From Candidatus Babelota bacterium (GTDB lineage Bacteria; Babelota; Babeliae; Babelales; GCA-2401785): a DNA stretch of 64,000 nt. The position numbers and the translations under genes were made by a program. This document shows, in pieces, positions 29,377-39,948 of this stretch. The first letter of the stretch is position 1; each line of letters opens with the position of its first letter. A model generated the notes under the pieces. It did not search any database, had not been told where the DNA came from, and was given only the letters and a program-made list of their open reading frames with translations. The DNA is taken from NCBI GenBank assembly GCA_016871815.1, contig VHBT01000004.1, forward strand, positions 5,454 through 69,453, read 5' to 3'.

Positions 29377-32300
29377 TCCTCTACGTGAGCATCGGCAGTT
29401 GGGTCAAAATTAAATTTAAAAAACGCTTCGGCATCGTCGGGCTTGTTTTGATTTTGATACAAAATCATTTTAGGGAATGGGAACACAACTCCCTTTTCCC
29501 TGAATAATTTATACAATGCCACACGAATATCACTCGCAACATCCCATTGCTCACGAACCTTACGAATACTGACAAAGCCCCTGACAAAATAATCTGCTGC
29601 CGATGGCGCAAAATTATCCAAGCGAATAACCGCAGGCGGCACACGCAAAACCAGTGCATGTGCATTTAAAACTTTACGAATCAGAGTCATAACAAGGTCA
29701 GGATCGTTCTCGTACCCAACAGTCACGGTAAATTCAAAGCCAACAGAAATTTTGCCTCCACCCCAATTAAATAATGAATGCGAAATTAAATGACGATTGG
29801 GGATAACAACAAAATAATTTTGTGCTGTTCTAATAATCGTTGAGCGTGCAGAAATTTTATGTACCAGCCCTCGCGTATTTTCGATACTTATGTAATGCCC
29901 AATTTCAATTTGACGCTCCAACAAAATCAACAAGCCTGCAACAAAATCTGCAACAAAATCTCTTGATGCCAAAGCAGCACCAACACAAATCGAAATCAAA
30001 ACAGGAAGCACCATCGCCGCTAACTTGACGTATGAAAGGCCAAGCATGAAAGAAAGCAATAAAAAAATGATTCTAAATATCCGCGAAAACGTATTTTGTG
30101 CCCCTGGCTCTGCACCAAAAACCTCATAGACCTTACTCAGGATAAAACGATCTAAAAGAGTCATGACCAAATATCCACATACAACAAAAAGATATACAGT
30201 CAGAATCTCTATAATTCCAATTTTTATTCCATCGTGAGAAAAAACCCACTCATCACAAACTGCTGTCCATAGGCGCGCAAAATTGTACTGCAATCCCCAA
30301 ATCTGAGACAAAACCGCAACCATAAAAAAGCAGAGCGCAAAAAAACTAACCGTAACAAAAAAGCCGTAGTAGACTTTTGCATTTTCAAACCGAGAAACAA
30401 GCTCATCGTCTCGCTGCTCAATAAATACCCACACAACCCGCTCTCGCAAAACCCCATACAAAAATAAGGCGCAAAATACAACCCCTACAGAAACAGGAAC
30501 GAAAAACGCCAAATACCAAGCAAGCTGAGAGTATCCAACATACGGATTTGCAAGCAAACAGAGAAGTACGAAAAAGAAAAAGAGCGGATAAAAATAACGA
30601 TCAACAGACTCCCGCGCACGCAACCAAAAATCACTTCGCCCAAAAAATAATCCAGTAAAATCATCTTTTTCAAAAAATAATGCTAAGGCAACAATCACAA
30701 GCAATGAATAAATCGCGAATAAAACATTTGGAAGAAATTCATACTTTGAACTAAACATTAACAACGCACTGCGCAAGGGGAGAGTAATTGCCGTTGAGTA
30801 AAATAAAACATCAAGCAATAATGTTGTTCTCTTTTGATTGCGTTCTCCGAAAAAGAAGTAACTTAAGCGCGCATTAAGCAATCGTAATTCGGAAAGAAAA
30901 TCATTTGCTAAATAAACCCACACCGGCGCAGAGCATAAAAAGAACCCACTAAATCCAACAGGGCCTGCAAAGAAACTCAAAAGCCCCCAGTACGTAAGCT
31001 TAAATTTAAAATGGATATATAAAAAAAGAAGCATATACACAGCTTGAATTTGCCGCAGAGCTGCATCAAAGAAAAGAAGTAATACGTTTAAATACCAAAA
31101 AATAAACGTTCCATTTTGATATGAAACAAAAAGCTGAAGACGCCTGCGAAGAAATTGTAAAACATGTCCTGCGATAATAAAGCCCGACCAGTACACAATA
31201 AAGGAAAGAAATAAGCCCACAAGCAATGCCCATGAGATCAATCTCAAGAATGAAAAGAAATCAAAAAAGTCATAAATTTTCCAAAAAACCATTTTTGAAA
31301 AATGCTGCAACTCTTCAGTTGCCCGCAGCATCATCACCATTGAAATGCCACGAGAAGATCGACGCCAAATATTTACATTTACACGACGAGCCTCTAGGTC
31401 ATTGATAGTTCCAATACATTGACGCAAAACTCGTTGATAAATTTTTAATAACTCACTCGCCCGAGAACTAATTTTTAAGGCATTAGCACTTTGATGCCGA
31501 ACTGACTCTCTTGCATCATTCAGACTCGCGATAATTTCTTTGCCCTTATCGCCAAGATCTGTTTTTGAAACCTCTATTAAGCGTTTCTTTAAACGATCCT
31601 GCTCTTCTTGCATGTGATGCGAAGCGAGTGCATCATTTTTACGCGCTTCATATGTTTTTATATCATACTCAAGCTTCCTGCGAATGGTGTTAATTTCTTC
31701 AATCAAGCTTCGAGAGATTTCACCCTCTGTTAACAATAAATACCTGATATTAACCTTGGTATAACTAAATCCTTTTTCCATAGCAAGTGCATGAGCAAGA
31801 TCATCATCGGCGGACAATAAAGAAATCTGTCCCGTAAGCGCTTTAATAATGTTTTTATCAAGCGATTCTTTGGCCTGATAAAGCAATCCTTCTGGAGTAT
31901 TTTCTTTTCCGGCAGCCCTTAAGGTTGCTAAGTTTGTTTTAACCTGCTCATAGCGTTCTCGTATGCGCTCTTTTTCAAATGTTTTTTCATTTAAAATTGC
32001 TCGAATTCTATCACGCTCAACACCAAGAAAAGCTTCCTGTTCTTCTTTTTTTGCTTTTAATCGATTGAGGTCAAAACTCTCTATAATTAAATTGTTCTTG
32101 ATCTTTGCAACAAGCGCCAAAAGCTTTTGATTTCGAGCGCGCAAAAGAGCTATTCCATCATCTACAGCAGAAAGATCTAAATCTATTTTTTTTATTTTTA
32201 CTTCAGTCAGAGAAATCTTATCAGCTAAAAGGTCCCGCTCTTTTTGTAACACAGATCGCTTATTTGACTCTTCCTGCTCTTCATAAGAACTAATTTCACC

Positions 32301-33059
32301 GCGACGAATAGGCTGTTCCAATTCTCGCTTTTTTGTCGCAAACTCTTTTTTTAAAAAATCTAATTGATCAAAAAGCGACGTCCGCTCAGGAAGAACAATG
32401 TTTCTTGAGTCCATTTCTTTTTTTATTTGATCATCAACTTCTTCAATTTCCATTTCAACAAAAGTCCAATCTTCTATCGAATAAGGAATTTTTTTCGACA
32501 GATCCTCTCCTTTGCGCACAACCACATCTGATTGCGCTTGAAACGTTTCTATGTTTTCTTCCACAACACCTAGAATTGTTGCCCAAACACGCAAAATCCC
32601 ATTTATAACTTGTTCTTGCTCATCATTCAAAGCCAAAATTTTTTTTTGAGTGTCTTCTCCCAACCGAGCAATTTCTTCGCTCACTTCACCTCGTCGTAAT
32701 TTTGAAGCAAAACCAATAATTGAAAGCCGCCGTAAATCAAACATTTTTAATGCTTTTAATTTTTCTTCGCGCAATTTTTTCAATTTTTGCTCTAATGCTT
32801 CAATTTTTTGAACTCGCAAAACAGTTTCATCACGATTAAAAACTTGCTCAACCGCACGAGTACTTTCTGCTAAAGTCTTAAGACCAAAAAGATTTCCTGT
32901 CATTGACTCCAACCATGACCCGGAATGGTTTTTACTTAAATCATCTCGATCAAAACTTCCCTGCGAAAATAAGAGGTCTTGCGTAAAGATAATAAGCAAA
33001 AGCAAAATAAATTTGCCCGCCCTAAAACTATTAAGATTCCTCACTTCACCGATCCCCAT
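29373..33059 (-). CDS. Large mechanosensitive ion channel, MscK/KefA-like (MscS family)
   Basis: 1228 aa: N-terminal signal, a long coiled-coil periplasmic-type region, about 10 or more TM segments, and a C-terminal MscS-like domain (GLVHKISARSTIIRTAQNYFVVIPNRHLISHSLFNW). Confidence 0.75.
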   Translation of the reverse strand: MGIGEVRNLNSFRAGKFILLLLIIFTQDLLFSQGSFDRDDLSKNHSGSWLESMTGNLFGLKTLAESTRAVEQVFNRDETVLRVQKIEALEQKLKKLREEKLKALKMFDLRRLSIIGFASKLRRGEVSEEIARLGEDTQKKILALNDEQEQVINGILRVWATILGVVEENIETFQAQSDVVVRKGEDLSKKIPYSIEDWTFVEMEIEEVDDQIKKEMDSRNIVLPERTSLFDQLDFLKKEFATKKRELEQPIRRGEISSYEEQEESNKRSVLQKERDLLADKISLTEVKIKKIDLDLSAVDDGIALLRARNQKLLALVAKIKNNLIIESFDLNRLKAKKEEQEAFLGVERDRIRAILNEKTFEKERIRERYEQVKTNLATLRAAGKENTPEGLLYQAKESLDKNIIKALTGQISLLSADDDLAHALAMEKGFSYTKVNIRYLLLTEGEISRSLIEEINTIRRKLEYDIKTYEARKNDALASHHMQEEQDRLKKRLIEVSKTDLGDKGKEIIASLNDARESVRHQSANALKISSRASELLKIYQRVLRQCIGTINDLEARRVNVNIWRRSSRGISMVMMLRATEELQHFSKMVFWKIYDFFDFFSFLRLISWALLVGLFLSFIVYWSGFIIAGHVLQFLRRRLQLFVSYQNGTFIFWYLNVLLLFFDAALRQIQAVYMLLFLYIHFKFKLTYWGLLSFFAGPVGFSGFFLCSAPVWVYLANDFLSELRLLNARLSYFFFGERNQKRTTLLLDVLFYSTAITLPLRSALLMFSSKYEFLPNVLFAIYSLLVIVALALFFEKDDFTGLFFGRSDFWLRARESVDRYFYPLFFFFVLLCLLANPYVGYSQLAWYLAFFVPVSVGVVFCALFLYGVLRERVVWVFIEQRDDELVSRFENAKVYYGFFVTVSFFALCFFMVAVLSQIWGLQYNFARLWTAVCDEWVFSHDGIKIGIIEILTVYLFVVCGYLVMTLLDRFILSKVYEVFGAEPGAQNTFSRIFRIIFLLLSFMLGLSYVKLAAMVLPVLISICVGAALASRDFVADFVAGLLILLERQIEIGHYISIENTRGLVHKISARSTIIRTAQNYFVVIPNRHLISHSLFNWGGGKISVGFEFTVTVGYENDPDLVMTLIRKVLNAHALVLRVPPAVIRLDNFAPSAADYFVRGFVSIRKVREQWDVASDIRVALYKLFREKGVVFPFPKMILYQNQNKPDDAEAFFKFNFDPTADAHVED

Positions 33060-33688
33060 ATTTTTTCACTACGCATCATTACTAACAATTTTTCTATTTT
33101 CTTTGACTGCGGATGAACTTTTAACTCCTGCAAAATCCAAAGAAATATTTGCGTACTTGATGCATCATACTTTACCTCTAATTCATGACGCAAGGCAGCA
33201 TCTTCAAACGCACTGCGAAACAAGCCTTTTTTTAAATCCAGCTCAAAACTGCATGAGAAAGTATACAATGATTCAGGAAGAAAAAATCCCAGCAAGCGTA
33301 AAATTGTTAAAGAATAAAACGCACCAATAAAAGAATATTTTTCGCAAAGTAAAACCACGTCAGAACGAACCATCGTTAACATGCATTCAAATACTTCTTC
33401 GTCTGGTTGGCCTTGAGGCAAAAATAAATAAACCAAATCTAAAAAAAAACTCAAAAAATAATAGGATCTAATTCCCGTAATCGTGGGAGAGCTCACAATT
33501 TCAACTGAATTAAAAAAAGGATATTTTGACGAAACAGAATCAACAACTTCAACTAAAACTAGCGCTCCAGCAAAAAGATCTGCATGTGTTCTTGATATTT
33601 TATAGTGAGCAATAATCTTTCCTTGCTCTTGTGATAAAAAAACAGCCAAGGAACCTTTTTTAAGTATCTTAAGGACAATACAAATCAC
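33041..33688 (-). CDS. Possible RecO-like DNA repair protein (weak call)
   Basis: 215 aa. The N-terminal pattern (IVLKILKKGSLAVFLSQEQGKIIAHYKISR...FAGALVLVEV) and mid-region helical pattern resemble the RecO OB-fold plus helical domain. No zinc motif seen. Overlaps the downstream channel gene by 19 nt. Confidence 0.35.
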   Translation of the reverse strand: MICIVLKILKKGSLAVFLSQEQGKIIAHYKISRTHADLFAGALVLVEVVDSVSSKYPFFNSVEIVSSPTITGIRSYYFLSFFLDLVYLFLPQGQPDEEVFECMLTMVRSDVVLLCEKYSFIGAFYSLTILRLLGFFLPESLYTFSCSFELDLKKGLFRSAFEDAALRHELEVKYDASSTQIFLWILQELKVHPQSKKIEKLLVMMRSEKIWGSVK

Positions 33689-33836
33689 AAAAAAACAACC
33701 TCGATATTTTTTCTTAAACTCTGAACTTACTTTTAGACTTCATAAACAAAAAAAAACGGTTACACTTCTATTCAAAATTAGAGGAAGTCAAAAAAGATGC
33801 GTATCATTTTTTCAAAGAACAAAAGGAAAGAAAACA

Positions 33837-35714
33837 ATGAACATAAAAAAAACAATGTTATTCCCACTTGCTGCGATGTGTTTTCACATAGCCGCAAACG
33901 AAAATCTTAAGCCTAAAAAAGATTTTACCCATAAGCAATCAGGAATAATTAAACACGAATTTATTGCACAAGAAAATCCAGCATTTTTAAATGCATCACT
34001 ACCAGATAAATATAAATATACCAAAGTTACTATCGAACTTAAGCACCACATGACTTCTGGAAAAAAAGAATTTGGACACAATGCGCTTGAAGCGTTTATC
34101 AACCTTCGACACAAAAGCATCTGGGGCACGGCTGGCAGAACAGATATTTCAAGCTTCCCAGGTTTAAAAGTTGGAAGCGCATACCTTGGAAGCGACACAA
34201 CACTCAACTCCACAAAACCAATTAATTGGATCAAAGAATATTGGCTTAAAACAAGTCTTAATGCACTTTTTGGCATGCAAAATGACGCCCTGCATTTTGT
34301 AAAAATGGGTATGTTTGGACACTCTCTTGGTCGCGGAATCGCAATGGGCTCTGAATACGGATCATCAAAAGACTTTCTTGCTGTTTACTCAAAAGGAAAT
34401 GATTTTTCTGCGCCTGGTATTTTGCTCTCCGGAACAGTTCCATCAAGTAGCTTAACATATAAGGCATACGTCGGATGCTTAGAAAACAAAAGCACATCAC
34501 TTCGTGACAACTTAAATACCATTCGAACAAATCAAGTTGGGTATGAACAAGCTCCATGGTCGGGTGCCGATAACTACAATCATGTATATGCCCTTTCGTT
34601 TAATATCATTCCAATTGATAGCGAAAATATAAAAGTTGAATTTGAACCTTACATTGCCTACAACAGAGCGCTTGCACAAACTATTGACCTTCAACAAGAC
34701 AGCGAATCGCATCTTAAAACCAGTGGTTTAAACATTCAAGTTTCAAGCCATTCCGGTCAATGGGGAATCGACTGTGAGTTTGCTAAAAACTTTGGCAAGG
34801 AAAAACTATATAAAATCGATCGCAATATTGTTAAACCAGTTGGTTCAAAAGGAACTTATAAACATTCTCACATTCAAGAATCTGTTGGTGGCGAGTGGGT
34901 TGCCGCAGAAGCGTATGAAGAACTTGCAACAGAATTAAAAACAAATCGTCACCAAGATGGAACCAACTTTGCTGTTACTGTTAATGGCAACTCAAAAACC
35001 TTCCGATCTGCTGCAAACAGAATGCGTCCAGAATACACCAACACCTTTGATGGCTGGATGGGCGTTGTTGACTGGTACTACAAACATGAACCAATCGACC
35101 TTACCATGGCAAGCGCATTTGGATACTTCTCTGGAGGAGCAAACCCTCACGCCGTTGAATCCGATAAAACATATCGCGGTTTTGTTGCTCTAAACGAATG
35201 GTACGTCGGTAAATATGTAACCTCTGCCTTCATGTTTGACACAAGAACTATCAAGCGACCGCTTTCTGTTTCTCAAGGCGATACCGTTCTTAACGACACA
35301 TCTCTTACCGACATTGTCTTTAATGGATACGGAGCAACTTGGAAGCCAAAATCGTATGCAAACAAAAAACTCTCTGTAAGCTCAAACGCCTTGATGTTCT
35401 GGAAAGAACTTGCTGCGTATAAATATGACTCTGCAACACAAACAATTTCTTCAACTGAATTTGCACGTCGCTACAAGGGAACAGAGTTTAACTTGATGGC
35501 ATCGATGGAAATCATGAAAAACTTAACCGCTTCCTTAAAAACTGCTGTTTTCCTTCCTGGCTCGTATTACTACGACATTAAAGGCATGCCTATTGCTGGT
35601 GATTACTACTCTCAGTTAGATGCTGCAGACACCATGAACCTTCCAGCCGACAATGTTCGCGTCGGGACAAATACAGCATTTGCTGCAAACTTTAGCCTTG
35701 ACTATCGCTTCTAA
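33837..35714 (+). CDS. Putative outer-membrane beta-barrel protein / porin-like
   Basis: Signal peptide MNIKKTMLFPLAAMCFHIAA, aromatic/Gly-rich alternating pattern, and a C-terminal aromatic residue typical of OMPs (FSLDYRF). Confidence 0.55.
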   Translation: MNIKKTMLFPLAAMCFHIAANENLKPKKDFTHKQSGIIKHEFIAQENPAFLNASLPDKYKYTKVTIELKHHMTSGKKEFGHNALEAFINLRHKSIWGTAGRTDISSFPGLKVGSAYLGSDTTLNSTKPINWIKEYWLKTSLNALFGMQNDALHFVKMGMFGHSLGRGIAMGSEYGSSKDFLAVYSKGNDFSAPGILLSGTVPSSSLTYKAYVGCLENKSTSLRDNLNTIRTNQVGYEQAPWSGADNYNHVYALSFNIIPIDSENIKVEFEPYIAYNRALAQTIDLQQDSESHLKTSGLNIQVSSHSGQWGIDCEFAKNFGKEKLYKIDRNIVKPVGSKGTYKHSHIQESVGGEWVAAEAYEELATELKTNRHQDGTNFAVTVNGNSKTFRSAANRMRPEYTNTFDGWMGVVDWYYKHEPIDLTMASAFGYFSGGANPHAVESDKTYRGFVALNEWYVGKYVTSAFMFDTRTIKRPLSVSQGDTVLNDTSLTDIVFNGYGATWKPKSYANKKLSVSSNALMFWKELAAYKYDSATQTISSTEFARRYKGTEFNLMASMEIMKNLTASLKTAVFLPGSYYYDIKGMPIAGDYYSQLDAADTMNLPADNVRVGTNTAFAANFSLDYRF

Positions 35715-35740
35715 AAACTTCTCTTGGGTTAATACACAAT

Positions 35741-35772
35741 ACGGGGCTTGCATGAAACCATGCAAGCCCCGT
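35741..35772 (+). terminator. Rho-independent terminator after the OMP gene
   Basis: 14-bp stem ACGGGGCTTGCATG (35741-35754) / CATGCAAGCCCCGT (35759-35772). Confidence 0.8.
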
Positions 35773-35851
35773 ATTGCCTAAAAGACTATTTTGTTCTTTA
35801 CTTACAAAGATCTTCCTTTTTTCAGTTTTTTCCTTTTTAAAAGGTATTTTT

Positions 35852-37627
35852 ATGACATCGCTAGAAAAATTAGAACGCTCATCCCTTTGTGGAAAGCTTT
35901 CTTTAAAAGACGCTGGATCTCAGCAAACACTTTTGGGTTGGGCCGCAACCGTTAGAAATCACGGAGGCGTTATCTTTATTGACCTTCGTGACCATACAGG
36001 AATCATTCAACTCGTCCTTGATCCCTCAAGAAAAGACTTATTAGAGCTTGGCGATCAGCTCAGAGCCGAATTTGTACTTGGGGTCTGCGGGACAGTAAAT
36101 AAACGTGCCGAAAATGCAATCAACAAGAACATTCCAACCGGCGAAATTGAAATTTTGGTCGATACATTAGTAATTTTAAATCGCTGCGCACCATTGCCAT
36201 TTCAGATCGATGATCAAAACACCGCCGAAGAACTCAGACTTATCTACAGATACCTTGATCTACGTAAAGATTCGATGCAAAAAAACATTCGCCTACGTCA
36301 TGAACTTATTTTTGCAATTCGTTCCTACATGGACGAAAACGGCTTTTGTGAAATCGAAACCCCAACACTCTCAAAAAGCACCCCTGAAGGGGCTCGCGAT
36401 TTCATTGTTCCCGCAAGAACAAACCCAGGACAATTCTTTGCCCTTCCACAGTCCCCTCAAATTTATAAACAACTGCTTATCGCATCAGGAATGGATAAAT
36501 ACTTCCAGATTGCCCGCTGCTACCGAGATGAAGACCTTAGAGCAAACAGACAGCCCGAATTTACCCAGCTTGATATTGAACTTGCATACGCAACAGAAGA
36601 AAAAATCTTTTCACTTCTTGAAGGATTAATGGCTAAACTTTGGAAGAAATTTTTTGGGAAAACCCTTCCAACTCCACTTACTCGCTATTCATTTGATGAG
36701 GTTTTTGCAAAATATGGCTCAGATAAGCCAGACATGAGATTTGATACATTTGTATACAATATTTCCCCTCTTTTTGCCTCAACTGAACTCAGCTTTATTA
36801 AAACGGCTCTTGCCCAAGGTGGTCACGTTGGCGCTCTCTGCCTTAAAAACCAAGACCTTTCTCGCTCTGACCTTGAATACTGGGTCACAAAAACAACTAA
36901 AGAACTTGGCGGAAAGGGATTGCTCTACGTAAAATTTGACGAAAACAAGACCAGTCAATCGCCAGTTGCAAAATTTCTTGCTCCTGATTTTTTTGATCAA
37001 GCAGCAAAACTTATCCCAGGACTTACCACAAAAGACGTTCTTTTCATCGTTGCGGGTAATTATGAACCAAGCTGGAACACCCTTGGCAAATTACGCGTAG
37101 AATTGGGCAAACACTTTAAGCTTATCGATACAAAAAATGACGCCATCTTCTGGGTTACTGATTTTCCACTCCTTGAATGGGATGAAGACGAAAAACGCTG
37201 GAACGCACGACACCACCCATTCACTTCTCCGCAAAAAAACGCCGATTTTAATAATCCAGGATCAATTCTTGCGCGAGCATACGACTTAGTCTGCAACGGA
37301 GAAGAGCTTGGTGGCGGTTCAATTCGTATTCACACCCCAGAGATGCAGTCAAAAATGTTTAGTCTTCTTGGAATTTCAGAAGAAAGAGCTAAAAATAATT
37401 TTGGTTTCTTACTCAAAGCACAAGAACTTGGATTTCCTCCACACGGAGGGATTGCCCTTGGTGTTGATCGATTGACCATGATGTTTGCAGGAACAGATTC
37501 TATCAGAGACGTTATCGCATTCCCAAAAACACAAAGCATGCGATGCTTGATGATGGATTCTCCAACAACTCTAGAAGAAAAACAACTCAAAGAACTGTAC
37601 ATCAAAACACTTCCTGTCAAACAATAG
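35852..37627 (+). CDS. aspS: Aspartate--tRNA ligase (bacterial type)
   Basis: GWAATVRNHGGVIFIDLRDHTGIIQLV, class II motifs FQIARCYRDEDLRANRQPEFTQLD and GGGSIRIH, GIALGVDRL. The ATG at 35852 was chosen because the upstream extension is hydrophobic and non-homologous. Confidence 0.95.
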   Translation: MTSLEKLERSSLCGKLSLKDAGSQQTLLGWAATVRNHGGVIFIDLRDHTGIIQLVLDPSRKDLLELGDQLRAEFVLGVCGTVNKRAENAINKNIPTGEIEILVDTLVILNRCAPLPFQIDDQNTAEELRLIYRYLDLRKDSMQKNIRLRHELIFAIRSYMDENGFCEIETPTLSKSTPEGARDFIVPARTNPGQFFALPQSPQIYKQLLIASGMDKYFQIARCYRDEDLRANRQPEFTQLDIELAYATEEKIFSLLEGLMAKLWKKFFGKTLPTPLTRYSFDEVFAKYGSDKPDMRFDTFVYNISPLFASTELSFIKTALAQGGHVGALCLKNQDLSRSDLEYWVTKTTKELGGKGLLYVKFDENKTSQSPVAKFLAPDFFDQAAKLIPGLTTKDVLFIVAGNYEPSWNTLGKLRVELGKHFKLIDTKNDAIFWVTDFPLLEWDEDEKRWNARHHPFTSPQKNADFNNPGSILARAYDLVCNGEELGGGSIRIHTPEMQSKMFSLLGISEERAKNNFGFLLKAQELGFPPHGGIALGVDRLTMMFAGTDSIRDVIAFPKTQSMRCLMMDSPTTLEEKQLKELYIKTLPVKQ

Positions 37628-37661
37628 AAATATCTCTACAAACAATTGCAAGGAAAACGAA

Positions 37662-38141
37662 GTGAGCATTTTATACGCTCCATGGCGTGAAGCCTGGGTT
37701 ACTAGAAAAGATAGAACAGAAAGTAGTGATTGTATTTTTTGCACTATCCCAACACAAAATAAAGATGAAGAACAATTTGTGGTAAAACGCTACAAACACT
37801 GCATCTTAATGCTCAATCGTTTTCCTTACGCAGCTGGTCACTTACTCGTAATACCATTTAAACATGGCGCCCGATTAAGTGATTTTGAGCCAGAGGTTCT
37901 CGCCGAAATCATGACTGTCTCAACCCAAACAACAATCGCGTTAAGAAAAATGCTGAATCCGACAGGATTTAATATTGGACTTAACATCGGCGCTGGAGCA
38001 AGTATTCCAGATCACCTTCATCAACATATTATCCCTCGCTGGAAAACAGATATAAGTTTCTTAGAACTTATTGCAGAAACAACGGTGATAAACATCAACC
38101 TGCAAGAATTTTATATAAACCTGAAAAAAGCGCTTGAGTAA
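37662..38141 (+). CDS. HIT-family nucleotide hydrolase/transferase
   Basis: Histidine triad HLHQHIIPRW and an N-terminal CxxC (CIFC). Confidence 0.75.
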   Translation: MSILYAPWREAWVTRKDRTESSDCIFCTIPTQNKDEEQFVVKRYKHCILMLNRFPYAAGHLLVIPFKHGARLSDFEPEVLAEIMTVSTQTTIALRKMLNPTGFNIGLNIGAGASIPDHLHQHIIPRWKTDISFLELIAETTVININLQEFYINLKKALE

Positions 38142-38145
38142 AGTT

Positions 38146-38466
38146 ATGCACTCAGAATTCGTACAACATCTGATCGAAGACCTGCTTTCAGACATACAAG
38201 GGATTTCTGCTCGGGCAATGTTCGGGGGATATGGTATTTATTACCACAAAAAAATTTTTGGGATCATCGCTAAGGATGAAATATATTTCAAAGCAAAAGA
38301 CGAGCTTGCAAAAGAATATCTAAATGCTGGATCACAGCCCTTTACCTATCTAAAAAATAACAAACCATACACCATGTGCTACTTCAAAGTGCCAGAAGCT
38401 GTATTAACGAACAAAGAAATCCTGACCCTGTGGGCGACAAAATCAATCAAACAATCAACTTCTTAA
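38146..38466 (+). CDS. TfoX N-terminal-domain protein
   Basis: ARAMFGGYGIYYHKKIFGIIAKDEIYFKA matches the TfoX_N core pattern. Confidence 0.65.
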   Translation: MHSEFVQHLIEDLLSDIQGISARAMFGGYGIYYHKKIFGIIAKDEIYFKAKDELAKEYLNAGSQPFTYLKNNKPYTMCYFKVPEAVLTNKEILTLWATKSIKQSTS

Positions 38467-38467
38467 T

Positions 38468-38501
38468 AAAAAGAGCGCGGTTTTTACAACCGCGCTCTTT
38501 T
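38468..38501. terminator. Bidirectional terminator between convergent genes
   Basis: Stem AAAAGAGCGCGG / CCGCGCTCTTTT with loop TTTTTACAA. Confidence 0.8.
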
Positions 38502-38521
38502 TATTGTAAATATCTAAAAAA

Positions 38522-39682
38522 TTATTCTTGATCTTCTTCGCATGATCTTACCGCAACATCAGCAATATCTCGACTTACAGCTTCTTCTACTAATTCATTT
38601 GTCATTGCTGAAACAGTCGCTTCTGAATCTAAAACAGCCCTAACTTCTGCAACAGCTTCTTCATCAAGCGATCTTACAGGTTCATCAACAACAAGATCTA
38701 GTGGGCGAATGCTAAAGTATAAATTTTGATGACGCGCAACTCCGCCAAGCTCACTGAATTTTTCAAGATTTTTCAATGAAAACTCTGAAACATCAACACC
38801 TCTAACTCCCAACGAATTGAGCATGTTTGCTGTTGATTGAGAATCAATTAACGCTTCAGATTTTCCAGTAAACCAATCACGATATTGACCAAGGTAACAC
38901 TCAACAGTACTTCTTAATGCTTCTGATTGCGCACCTGCTGCTTCTAACAATTCCGCTTGAATTACATCCATGCGGTGCAAACATTTATGTGCTGTTTCAT
39001 CAAGAGCATTAAATGCCGATAAATCAACTGCTCCAGATCTGGTTACCGCAAGCTCCACAAACTGCCGTGTTGCCCCTTCAACAGAATCATACAACATCAG
39101 CTTCCAACCATTTGAAAGATATTCAACAAACAGGCCGTATTTTTCAATCAAAAAGTTCAAGAAAACTTCAACGTTAGTTGGGATTCCAGCAATCGCCGAA
39201 ACTACCGCTTCGCCTGTTTCTACAAGCATATCGCCGACCGCAACAACAGCCTCTCCGATTTCCCCAAGAGCCTCACTGCTTGCTTGAATAGCCTCACCAA
39301 CTTCTTCTTGTGCAACTGCGATGCTTTCCTGAGCCTGGGCAACTTCTTCTTTCCCCTGTTGATCTGTAAGATTTCCAAGTTCTTGTAACGTCTGATGAAG
39401 CGCTAAAACGGTTGTATGAGCAAGCGCCTGGATATTTTCTTCGCAGCAACCAGGACCAGGAAGAACCTCTACTCCCGGGCCATTTTCAATTTTAAGGTTT
39501 GGAATTTCATGTGTTACAAAATGTTCAGAATCAGGTTCAGGAAGCAAAACCTCTTCTTGTCCTTGAGAAACTTCATCAAGCTCTTCTGATTCTACTGCCA
39601 TCACTTGCGAGTCAGAAAAAACATTTTGTGGAAAATGTAATGCGCTCAACGCCATTAACAAGATTATCAATTTTTTTGACAT
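38522..39682 (-). CDS. Hypothetical secreted acidic protein
   Basis: 386-aa ORF with signal-like MSKKLIILLMALSALHF. Glu/Ala/Val-rich with GEA-type internal repeats. Confidence 0.5.
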   Translation of the reverse strand: MSKKLIILLMALSALHFPQNVFSDSQVMAVESEELDEVSQGQEEVLLPEPDSEHFVTHEIPNLKIENGPGVEVLPGPGCCEENIQALAHTTVLALHQTLQELGNLTDQQGKEEVAQAQESIAVAQEEVGEAIQASSEALGEIGEAVVAVGDMLVETGEAVVSAIAGIPTNVEVFLNFLIEKYGLFVEYLSNGWKLMLYDSVEGATRQFVELAVTRSGAVDLSAFNALDETAHKCLHRMDVIQAELLEAAGAQSEALRSTVECYLGQYRDWFTGKSEALIDSQSTANMLNSLGVRGVDVSEFSLKNLEKFSELGGVARHQNLYFSIRPLDLVVDEPVRSLDEEAVAEVRAVLDSEATVSAMTNELVEEAVSRDIADVAVRSCEEDQE

Positions 39683-39948
39683 AATTTCTTCTCCCCCCTG
39701 TAGAGATTCTTAATCTTACACTCTCGTTGTTCAAACAACAGAACAAAATAACAAGCTCCCCAGAATCATCTCACAAAACAAGGCTGAAGGTGAACTAAAC
39801 AAAAAAAATCTTTACAAGAAGTGCAAGCAAACCGTTGGTATCAAAACAAAAACTACCGAAGCTTAGTCTTTTTATTTTGATCATTTGCTGCCTTAAGATA
39901 AGCAACTATATACTAAACAATTTTCAATACCATTTTTGGTCTGTTGCT